Shown here: in pieces, positions 21,601-33,600 of the stretch
Layout of the letters: each line of letters opens with the position of its first letter
Position numbering within the stretch: position 1 is the first letter of the stretch
Assembly: GCA_051294905.1 (NCBI GenBank)
Contig: CM119376.1
Location: forward strand, 18,104,001 to 18,168,000
Reading direction: 5' to 3'
From: Botryllus schlosseri
Lineage: Eukaryota
DNA: 64,000 bases
Program-made: the position numbers and the translations under genes
The notes under the pieces: generated by a model
The model's input: only the letters and a program-made list of their open reading frames with translations
Database searches by the model: none
Told to the model about the DNA's origin: nothing

Positions 21601-24600
21601 GTGTTTCATAGTAAGTTGGGGTAGCTGGATATTATGCTGGCATACGTCGTTGGCTGCTGGTCTGTTCATCAATATTGCGTGGTTTTGTGCAAGATGTTGT
21701 TCAGGGCACAAGCCTTCACAATAACAATAAACAGTACATTGACATTTTAAATTTTTTCACTAAAAGCTTTTCGAATGGCATAATTTTGTCTGCGTGACGT
21801 AACGAAACACATCCGTGCTACGTTTTGTATGCTGTGACACGATTAATCGAGATTTAAAGCATTCTACATAAGTAAACGAGTGTTGAAACTATAATAACCA
21901 TTACAATATTACTCTAGTGCAGTGGTTCCCTACCTTTTTCGACTCGTCGCCCCCTTGTCAAGCTCGACACAAATTTTCGGCCCCATATTTACAGGTCCGA
22001 AAAAGACGACATATAAACGGGAAATTTATTCACCTAACCCTGATTGCTGGTGAATTGACCGAAAAATGTCATTTTTAGCGTGTAGGTGCTCGCAAAACCG
22101 GTTTCTGCGTCGACTTTCCGGTATGGTTGACTTTTTTTTCGCGTCGTATGCAGAATAAGCCGCCTTCGCGTGCATTTATTGGTCGTGTTAATTAAATGTA
22201 TCCCACTTAATGTTCTAACATTTTTGCCCCATCGCCCTTCAGTATTTTTGCTCCCTTGTTTCTCAAAATCTTCTATTGGGGCGACATCGCCCACGTTGGG
22301 AACCATTTCTCAAGCGGAAAAAAGGGTATAATTTTAGTAGTCGCAAAAATCCCCTCCCACTACATGACTCGAATCACTACAATTGATAATTAATTCTGAT
22401 TTTAGTATACAAACTCTTGTGTGCAGCCGTAGCTAAAAGAGCTGACGCATACCTTTACAGATTGGCGTGTTGGCGTTCCACACTCCCACATTCGCGATCT
22501 CAGTCTCTCCGCAAGTGATTCGGTTGATACCGACCAGCTGGTGAGTGGGGTCGCATTCAATGTCGCAAGTGGACCCGATCACGGACGCATTACTGCACCT
22601 GATGACCCCATTCTCAATGGGGATTCTGTCTAGTTTCAATGTGCAAGCTGTCGAAACAGGAAGTTGTCATAAGATAACCGAAACGTGACGCAAAAAACAA
22701 AGTGTGCTTACAGGCGCATTCGTCCGTGCCGCACGGCACATCTTCAGTGTCTGGGCCGAACTGAGAACATTCCTCCTGGGACGGAGCGTTGAGGCAGGCT
22801 CGGAACCTCTGGACCTTGCCACCACCGCAAGAAACGGGGCACGGCTCTTCTCGGAAATCGGACCAGGGCGCGTATTCTGGACAAGGCTGGAACGCAAAAA
22901 TCAATGATACTGGACTGTCTATTATTTAATCAATGGATTATTTAATATCTATTATGATCGTGTGACAGCTTAATTCTCGTGATTTAAGATCCGAATACGT
23001 ATTGTTACGATGATGAGAATGCGCCGTTATCACACGGTTACCGTTTATTTTTCGCAAAACTTGGTCTGGACTTTTTTACTTAATCGGAATCTGTTTCTTG
23101 TACATGTACTCGAGTAGGAATTTACAGAGCTATTTCTACTTTTATATGTACTTGAGTAAAAATTTACATCAACCAACCATGAATATTTGAATATTCTCTT
23201 GTCAGGGAGAAAGTACTTTTACTTTTTCAGATTACAAATGTAGGTTTCTCCTACTTGTGACGCTGACTCAAGCCGTTATGATTTTCGAATACTTCTACTT
23301 ACTGGACAGTTTTCAGTTTTATTTTTACTTCTATTCAACTTATTTTTTGACTTGTAAATCGTTAATTTTGCTGGAACTTGTGTACCAATGAGTACCACTG
23401 TGACCACCGCTGTTTATCGCAGGCATGCACAGGCACCACTGATATGCTAGGGTTAAATAAGTCATAATATTATTTGATAATGATAGCGGCCAGTGGAAAA
23501 ACCTAAGTAAATCGTACAAAATGCAAAATGTCCACTTACGCCCAAATTACAATTCTGCACTTGAATCGGATCTCCGATGCATCCTGGTTCTCCGACAACT
23601 CCGAATCTGCACTGCCTCGATCGTTGGTCCACTCCCACGCCGCACGTCCTGTCGCATCCGACCCAAACGGTCCACTGGCTCCAGAAAGCACAGATCTGTG
23701 TTTGGCAAGCTCGCTCTTCTTGGAAGTCGCCGATACAACCGCCCGTGTTTGGCACGCCGCCGTCGCAAGCACGCGCTCTTCGTGAAACGCCTCCACCGCA
23801 GGACACGCTGCACGGTGTCCAGGACACCCACGCTGCCCATTGGGAGCAAGGCTGCGATAATATATATAAGTAAGTTCCTCGTGGTACTGAATTTATATAT
23901 TACAACAAACACTACATTCATATTGGCACATTCATTTACTCTAAGCTTTTTTACTTACTCTTACAGGCAGCGATTGTCAGTAAATGCGGAGATTGAAATT
24001 CGAAATCTAATGATGTAATAGACATTGTGTTTGTGACGTAAGAACGGCAAAAAGCAATAAATGAGAGATTAACAAAACAAAAGTGTTAAGCACGTAAGCA
24101 ATAAAACAACTACAAATTGGCTTTAATATACGGCTAAAGACACAACTCTAATGGAATACACGAAGAGTAAAAGAGTCGGTCCTTTTGTCGACAGATAGAA
24201 TAGTTGATTTCAGAAACTTCAAATTTCAATTTTGAATTCTCTAATCTCCGCATTTACTAGAAATCGTTTGAGAGTCGGTTGAAAGGCGTGAAGAGAATTG
24301 ATGTGGTGATAGGTATGTATTGTTAGCTGAGATAACGTATCAGGTCAGGGACAAAATGTCCTACTATGTTTAGGCTTATGAAAAAAACGAGGATACACAA
24401 AGGTGTAGCCAGGATCAAAATTTGAGAGGCGTGGTAGAATATTTTAGGTGTGACGTCACGAATCCATTGCGACGTATTGAGTACATATGACCTCACAATG
24501 AATGTGTCAAAAATTTGGCGGAAACCAGAGCAGTATTTGATTGGCTATAACCGGTGGATGGTTAAATCTACCACAACCTTTAGAGGAGTTCTAGTTTCCA

Positions 24601-27600
24601 AGACAAAAGAATACTTACGCCTCTGTTGCAGTCCTGAGACTCAGTGCTAGGTCCGTCATCACAACCAGGATCACCAACTTCGCCGTTAAAACAACCACGG
24701 GTTCGCACTTGCACTCCTGAGCCACATGTAGCTCCGCAAGCGCTCCAAGATGTCCACAATTGCCATGATGAGCACAGCTGTCGAGAAAATTCAAGCATGT
24801 CAACGCTATAATTACTTTCGTGTGCGACAAGCCAAGGCATTCAAAGTAGTTCACGCTGCTACTCTAGTATAAGTTGAAGTATTGTCGTAGATTTCTACTC
24901 AATTACAAGTGGAAACAGCAATTTCGAAGACATGTCGAAACTGCTTCAACTGGAAGTAGAAAATGAAAGGCCTGAAAAGGTATTTGGCAAGTATGCTTGA
25001 AAAACAGATTTGGTCGACGGTAGCATGTATTGAGCAGTTAATCGGCGGCAGCTGCTTTCCAAGTCACAAGATATATTCGCGTAACTTACGCAAAATGACC
25101 AATGACACCACAAGGTTAAATCTTTGAAAATGTATCGAGGTACTGCGATACAAGAGCTTCCCGACTAATGCAAAATAACTGATGACTAGGGCGTTTTTTT
25201 TTACCTTAAAAAGGAAAATTCTGACCTAAAAAATCAAAATTTTGACTTTTTTGACCTAAAAAAATGAATTCTGACCAAATTTTGACTTATCTTATGCAAA
25301 TTAGGTGTTTTCCCACATTATGTTAAAATTGTACCACTTATCTTCATTTCTGGTTGGAGCTGACTGTCCTAACGAAGTAGTTTGGCCTGAAAAAACGTTT
25401 TTGACTTAGAAACAGGCAACTTTTTACACAAAACAATATTTCAACGAAATCTGGCCATATCAAGAATTTCAGTGGTTACAATATGTATTATGGTAAAAAT
25501 AATGAAAAAAATTTGTAGTACAACGAGAGATACTTTCCTACATTTTTGGGTAGAAAGTGCATGTCCTTACTATGAAGCTTGCCAAGGACGTTCAACAGCA
25601 GCAATTGTTGGCTGACAACACTCAAGCTGCGCGTACACTGCTGGTGACACACTGTGTTGCATCATTCTGACAATGTTGTCTACATCACAATTTTTCATCA
25701 TGCGCTTCTTAATATAAGAATGATGCAATGCGCAAGAAGTCTTTCTTCAGTTAGGATATTGCGGTACGTTGACCATAACACCATGTTTACCTACTTGTTT
25801 TATTTGACCGTTTATGATTCACAATGAGCAGACAATTAGCCGTTTACAACAGTAGGCCTATAAAATAGGCTACAAGCTATAAAATATCAAATGATAAGTT
25901 CACCGACAGTGCAAAATCTACGATACAAATGAAATGCAGACGTCAAAATATTTTTGACTTCATGAAAAATTTTGACAAATTTTGACCTAACGCTACAATT
26001 TTGACAAAGTTTTGACATGTCAAAAAAAAACGCCCTACTGATGACATATCGAATAGCTGCAATTTTCCAAAATATATTCAGTTACGGGGATACAGGGGCT
26101 ATTTCCAGTGATTCTTATGGCAATTTCACAAATAAAGCGATGCAAACATATCCCAAAACTATGTTTAACTTTTCAAAATCTGACTTGAAAAAAGCAGTTT
26201 TGCCAAAAATACTGTTAAGTGTGGAAGTAGCCTGAAAACATAACCAGACAAGTGGTGCAAGCAGGCAATACCTTGTTGAGTATTCCAAAAAAAGCACAAT
26301 TACTTCGTTACCAACCACCTCTGGTTACAAGTCACTTACATTTTCAGAGCATGTTCCGTCTTCTTCGGTGGGTCCCTCGCAACCAGGCGTTCCTGGAAGA
26401 CCGCCGACGCAGATACGTCTCCTAGTTCGAATTCCGCCTCCGCAGGTCACGGTACACGTTCCGTATTCTAACCACAAGCCCCATCGTGGGCAAGGCTGCA
26501 ATAGTAATAATTTCGTGAATAGAAGATACTCTCTGAGGTTCAGTATACAATTAAATAATAACATATTCATATTGAAGTGAACCAGAATATAATCGTCAGC
26601 AACTAGTGGAGAATTGAAAAAACATTGGATATCAACAATCGTATCACCAATTATGACATCACCAGCATGAAAATTTGGATAATCGAGGTTTGATTACAAC
26701 CGAGGCGAACAGATATGAATTGAGTGCGTTCAGATTTAAATAGTCCTTTACGCCCTTACATTTGTGCTGCATGTCACAACTTCCATTGGTGGGCCTTGAC
26801 ATCCTGGGTCGTTGATATTGCCGTTGACGCATTCGCGGAATCTCAAAGACTGTCCTCCGCCGCACGTGACATCACAGTCGGACCACGGGCCCCACACCGC
26901 CCACGTTTCGCACGGCTATCGAAAGCGTAGACAAATATATTACCAGATTGTATTGACAACGAAGAGCAATGATGAAAATTACCACATCAGTGTTGCATGG
27001 CTCGGAGTCTTCCAAATCGCCGATGCATCCAAGTGTGCCTGGTTCGCCGCCGATACAGATTCGGTTTCTGGTCCTCTCGCCACCTCCGCAAGACACGGAA
27101 CACACGCTCCAGTCCAGCCAGGTTGACCAGTCGGGGCATGGCTGAAAAATTATTCACCGTCACATGATGATTAGTATGTCAAAAATAACGGCATTGACAC
27201 AGCATTAGAACTAGGAGGAATACAAAATCGAATCTCAATAATACATCTGCATGAGTCCTAAAATCTGATTTAGGCCTACATGCCGGATTCAAGTCATGTA
27301 GGAATCCAGGGATTAGAATCGGGATTATCAACTGAGATTGGTGACAGGTAGGAATGTAAATTTTCAAAAACGAATCTGATCCAGGAAATTGAAAATCTCC
27401 CCAAAACCGACACTAAAACCTACACCAAGCGCCTCTCTCTATTACAACAGATGAAGTGCACATAAAGAGGTGGTCGAAATAGTCATTGTTGGTACCACAT
27501 AGAAGCAAAGTTGCAAATTTCGATATAAGTGCAGATAGTGATTTCCAAGTAACTATAAAAGTATTCAAGGCCTAGTTTTTCCCAAGAAGCCCAAGTCTGA

Positions 27601-30600
27601 AATCAGAACCACTCGAGGAAGTAATAATGCTTGCAAGAAGGCAAAAATCTACTCGAACACTCCGAAACGTAGATGTACTTTTGATTAGGGCATCGTATAT
27701 TCATGTCCTTGATGTTTTTGTAGCATATACACCGACTCATGATATGCATACACACGATCTGTGCATATGCATACCATGAGTGCATGATGCGGATATGCCT
27801 CTGGACAAGGAAGGTGCAGATCTAAGGTTTTCCAAGTGTTGCACCACCCCTCCATGCTATCCCAATAATGCTGAGTGCCATGCGGGAAGCAATAGTACCA
27901 GTGTAACTTATCAGGTCTTTGGTCTGCCACAGTCGGGGATTGAACCAAGGACCTACCGACCTAGAAGTCGGACGCTCTACCTTCACGTTATTTTTCTTCT
28001 GTAGATATATCCTGTACCGCATTACCGCAAGGCACGAAACGCACTCACCATGGTGTTGCATACGACTGAATCTTCCGCTAACCCGATGCAATTGCCTTCG
28101 CCAGCCTGTCCGTTAACGCATTCCCTCGTCTTCGTAGACAATCCTCCGCCACAGGTCAGACTGCACCCGGACCAAGGACCCCAAACTGACCACACGTCGC
28201 AGTCCTGCGAAGAAATCGGAATCACATCTTTGCAGTACAGAGCTATTGCAACTTTTTCGCTTACGCCCTGCTGTCCATCGCAGGTTCTCTCTTCGAGTTC
28301 ATCTCCAAGAACGCAATCTCCGTCTCCAGGTTCACCGCCGATGCATATCCTGTTTCTAGTTTGTATTCCGACGCCGCACGTGACCGAGCACGTGTCCCAT
28401 TCGAACCACGTCGCCCAGCTTGGGCAGAACTGGAAATAATCAAATTTGCACTGTTTCTCAATTTTACAGTGGTGCTTCAAGAATTACCAAAACCAGAGGT
28501 GGTCGTTAACGAACGGTTGCGGTCAGTAACTAATACCTCCACCTTTTTTCACATACTCATGTAGCTCTTTCCCATTTTCACTACTTGCACTATTGTACTA
28601 CTTCAGTGGTTATGATTTCAGACTAATTCTACTCCTGCTTGACAGTTTTCTGTTTTGGGGTGCAAAACTAGGCCTGCAATAATTACGCTTTTACTTATTG
28701 GGAAATCGTTACTTTTACTTCGACTTGACTACCAACGATGACTGCATTATTCACCTGCTTACACTACATACTCAAGAGCTCATGTTTCTAGATCCCTCCC
28801 ACTACTTCTCGAAAGTTTGTTAGGTGAAAATACTTACTTTACACCCGTGGATTTTGAAAGGTAGAAATTACCATAGGATAAGTTTGCATCACTTTAATTG
28901 GAGAAATTGTCATAGCAATTGGGCAAAATAGCCCCTGAATCGTGGTAAACGAATATACTTTCGAAACTAGCACCTACTCGGAGATTCATTAGTAATTTTC
29001 CGCTAGTGGCCAAAACCGATTCCGCAACTTGTAAAGTAGCCGGCTACAATCGACAACTAGAAGTCTACAGCGCCGCGACCAAATCAACTTTTCACAACTA
29101 CGAAATCGAGTATTTTTCAGACCATACACTTTCTTCTTCCACTCGAAGAACTTTCCACAGGGCTTGGAAATCGCTATTTCCAATTGTAATAGAGTAGAAT
29201 TTAAGGCCTTAATGCCACTTCGATTTGAGCACAAAATAAGTTTCGACTCACGATTGTGCCGCAAAGCGTATCCTCTTCTTCCGGGCCTTCGCATCCGGTA
29301 TCGCCAGGACTGCCGTTGACACATTCTCGCGACCGAATCGAAATGCCGCTGCCGCACGTCGCACTGCAACCGCCCCAAGGTCCCCACACCGCCCAAAACT
29401 CGCACTCCTTTGAAAGATATCGAGTTGACAACGGAAGCGAAAACGCTAAAACATTCCTTACATCTCCGCCGCAAGGTTCGATTTGGAAATCCTCGTCAGG
29501 GCAGCCCGGGTCTCCGACCAAGCCTCCTATACACTCGCGGGCGCGCGTTCTCGTCCCTTCGCCGCATGACACCGAACACACGGACCATTCTATCCACGCT
29601 CTCCACGTCCCGCATACCTAAAAGAACAGCGGTGGTTATATACACCAGCCCGATATCTTTTACTATGATTCCTGATCTGCCGACTTGTATAACGGCCCAC
29701 TTTTGTTCTAGGCTTTTGCAAGATTTGACTACATCCACATCACTCATACAGGTTTTGTAAACATATCACAAAATCAACTTTGTTTTTCAAAATCTAAATT
29801 GTAAAACCTAACCTAAAGCGTAGAACGGTTAAGTACGGGCGGAAGTCGAAAAAGATAACACACTACCTCCACATCACTCATAAAGAATTTTCTAGTTTTC
29901 AAAATCCCAATCGATTTGCCGATTTCAAATGATGGCCACGAGGAAAGTAAAGACGAATCGTCTCACCTGCGAGTTGCAAATTTCAGTTTCTTCCATGTCA
30001 CCTTGGCAACCGGCGTCTCCTTGCTCTCCGTTTACGCATTCTCTCGAGCGCAATCGGATGCCGCTACCGCATGAAGCGTCGCAAGCAGACCACGGCGTCC
30101 AACGGCTCCAAAACTCGCAAAGCTGAAAGACGTATCTCCGTTCATTCATTCATTCATTCATTCATTCATTCATTTTATTCATAATTTTCTCAGCATGAAA
30201 CATCACCAAAATGCGACTAAAAGAAAAGATAGGAGGGTGTTCAAACGTCTTGTAGTTGTCTTTCAATCAAAAAGTCACCTTGGCCAGGAACATGTAAATA
30301 CGCATGTACAATTGCACACTGAATGAAAGTTACATGAGATAACAAAAACAGGAAACGGGTTTAGAATAGGGATGCTTTTCGTACAAGGCGTGAATTGCTA
30401 CATACTGGGGTCCACTGGTTTTAAGGGGTCAGGAATATCTAAATCAGGTATCTCAAACTCAAATTTGCTTGTGCGCCATTTCTTACTTTTTGATGACCTA
30501 GGCCAATGTCTTGATAAGTAGTAAGGCCTTGCAGAATGACAATTCACACCATCGCGAAAATGTGATTTACTATGTAGCAATTACCGCCTTGTACGAGAAA

Positions 30601-33600
30601 AATCACATTTTCGAATATTTGAATAAAATTATTGTTGTATTTGCTGTCAACGCAGGCCACACAAAATGTGGGTCTGCGGCCGCGTGTTTGAGACCCCTGC
30701 TATAAACTACAAAACTGGATTGTTCTTATTTATACAATCTGTCCCTATTTTTCACTTGCGTCCTTTCTTCTTTCCACCACAGGTCACAATAGCCCCTTTA
30801 GGCGGGTGGTACTCAAATTTTTGGCAGCTCTTAATTTTTATCCACGTTGGCGTCAACCCTGGTTATGCAGCCCAGTAAGTTTTCTCGGACAATGTCACAA
30901 TCAGACTTGAACAACTGAAAAATTTTCAGCTTTTTGAAATTTGATTAGAATGAGACTTACTGCTACACAGTTTTTATTCTGAATTAGAGTAGAATAACAA
31001 TTTTAACTACAGCATATGTCTGTAGGTAGGCCCACAGCAAGCTTGGCTTGTTTGGCAGTTTTTCTGTAGCATGCAAATTGTACAGGAACACCAAAAATTA
31101 GATTAGAATTAAAATTAGAGCATAAAAACACTTCACAAATTAGATTAGAATTATATTACCGGTATTCTGCCGTGATTATACGACTAGAATTATGTTGTTG
31201 TCAAAGTCTGGTTACAATACGAGGGTCCAAGTAACCAACCTGGAAAATGTGGTGACCCACTCAAAAAAGGTGCTAAAACGCTCGGTTTAGAACGATTGAT
31301 GCATGCAGTACCAAAATCGTTTACTTTTCACTTACATCCCCACTGCATTCTCCTTCCTCCATCATATCACCGGTACATCCCAGGACGCCGGGCTCGCCGC
31401 CGATACAAATCCTGTTTCTGGTATTGGTGCCAAAGCCGCAGGTCACAGAACACACGGACCATTCCAGCCACACGCTCCATCTCGGACAATCCTGGAAAAG
31501 GGACCAGGGTCAGCGTGTAGTTTGTTTGTTTGTTTGAGGTATTCATGGTGTTTGTCGACTATTATGGTCATTTACACCAGGCCAATGTCTTCATTTTTAT
31601 TCCGCAACTGCCGACTTGTAGCACGGCCCACTTCTAGGCTGTGGATTATATCACTACGCTATCTCGCCACACGGGGGTCAGCGTGCGTGATCTAGTATAA
31701 TCTCAGCCCAGTACCTGAGGGTTGCATGACCCGCCGTCGAAAGCCAGGCCTCGGCATCCGTCGTCACCAGGGTTTCCGTTCAGGCATTCCCTCTCTCGGG
31801 ACCGGCGTCCGTTTCCGCACGTGGCATCGCACGAGCCCCATTCCGACCACGGAAGCCACTCTGGACAGTCCTGCGGCATTAAAAAACTCGATGGTAATGA
31901 ACAAAGTACTTGTATTTTTTCCAAAGAACTCCAGTAGGATTTGACTACTGCACTTCATATTCAAGCTATAATGATTTTAAACTACTTTCAGTTCTACTGA
32001 ACAGGACTGCTTTCTTATTTACGTGAAAATTGCTACTTCTACTTGTACTCAAGTAGCAATTGACAATGTTACTTCTCCTTCTATTTGAGTATCAACGACT
32101 TTTACTTAAACCACCTCAGGGTCAATATCATGATGTAAACTTTTCTGACTTTTCAGCCTTGCGCAAGATGGTAATTAGTTTTTAACCGCCTGCGCCACTT
32201 ACTCCGGTCATTACTTTACTCGACTACTTCGATTTCTGCTTGAACAGTTTTTTAGGCAAATTACTTGCTTGGAGACGTAGAAAGTGCTTTGTGATAGGTT
32301 TGCATGCATTTGATCACTGAGATTGTTACAAGAACAGCGTGAAATAGCCTGTGTATCGGGGTAAAAAATTATATTTTCAAAGATTGCATCTATTTGTGTG
32401 TACAAGTCATTTTGCGCTACCCGCAAAGATACATATCGCAACTTCCAAAGTAACCACCTAGGATTACCTGCTAAATGTATGCCACCCCTCAAACTACTAA
32501 AGCATGTATTTTTCAGATATTTCATTTTGTGCTGCCACTTATACTCTTGAGATGTCTCGAAAATAGCTACTTATACTAATAATATAGCATTATGAAATTA
32601 ATTCTACTACTACTTGAGTAGAAAAGCTGACTTATTTGACCAACTCTGCTTATGAATAACACTAACACTAGATTCACGATGAAACTGAAATTTTATCCAA
32701 TATGTCAAAGTAGCAAGACAAATTACACATGTGAAATCCAATTATGTCCCAGTAAATCTCTCGATCAATAAATCAAACATCCCCCATACCTGTCCCTGGC
32801 ATGGTCCGATTTCTTGCGGTGCACCCTCGCAACCTCCAAGTCCCGGGCTGCTGCCTATGCAGAGCCTTTCACGAGTTCGCGTCCCTCCGCCGCACGTCAC
32901 CGTACACACGCCCCATTCTGACCAAGGCGTCCATTCGCCGCAGGGCACGTCGACATTGCAATCTACGAATTCTGTATCGTCTCCTTGACAACCGGGGTCG
33001 TTAGGCTTTCCGTTGATGCATTCCCGGGAGCGTACTTGTTCTCCGCCATCGCAGGTACTGGAGCATTCGCTCCACGCTGCCCAGGCTCCCCAGAATTCAC
33101 AGATCTGAAGTGAAGACGTGTGTAATGTTAAGGATAATGCAGAACGGACTTAGGGCAATTACTGTATCAATGTTAACGATTACGATTATGATTAGTCTGA
33201 ATCAGGCTATTACGATTCCAGCAAAATCTCGATTACGACTGAATGGAAAAATGATCACGATTATTCCTGATATCAATTGTCTTGCTTCCTTAAACTTGAG
33301 TCTCTAACACATATTAAAAAAAAAAAATAACACAATTGCGCAGAGACGACATTAAGATGAAATAACAAATATTTTAAAACTGCGATGTCATTTGCTTGTC
33401 ACTATTATAATCTTTACACAATTTTATCACTGGCGATTTTCTCAGCTCCGACAATTTCTGTTCTAACTACAACCATGCTAAGATGGTGTATGAGCAGACG
33501 GCTGATTAAAATTTACAGTGAGGAATTGCAAAACACCGATTGGTGCAGGTTTCAAGTAGGGCCATAATTTGACAAAATGAACACAAAATTATGCCATAAC

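Noticed and set aside
27936-27987. Functional tRNA gene
   Set aside because: The 5' acceptor stem is missing, no cloverleaf closes, and it continues into SINE-like body sequence.
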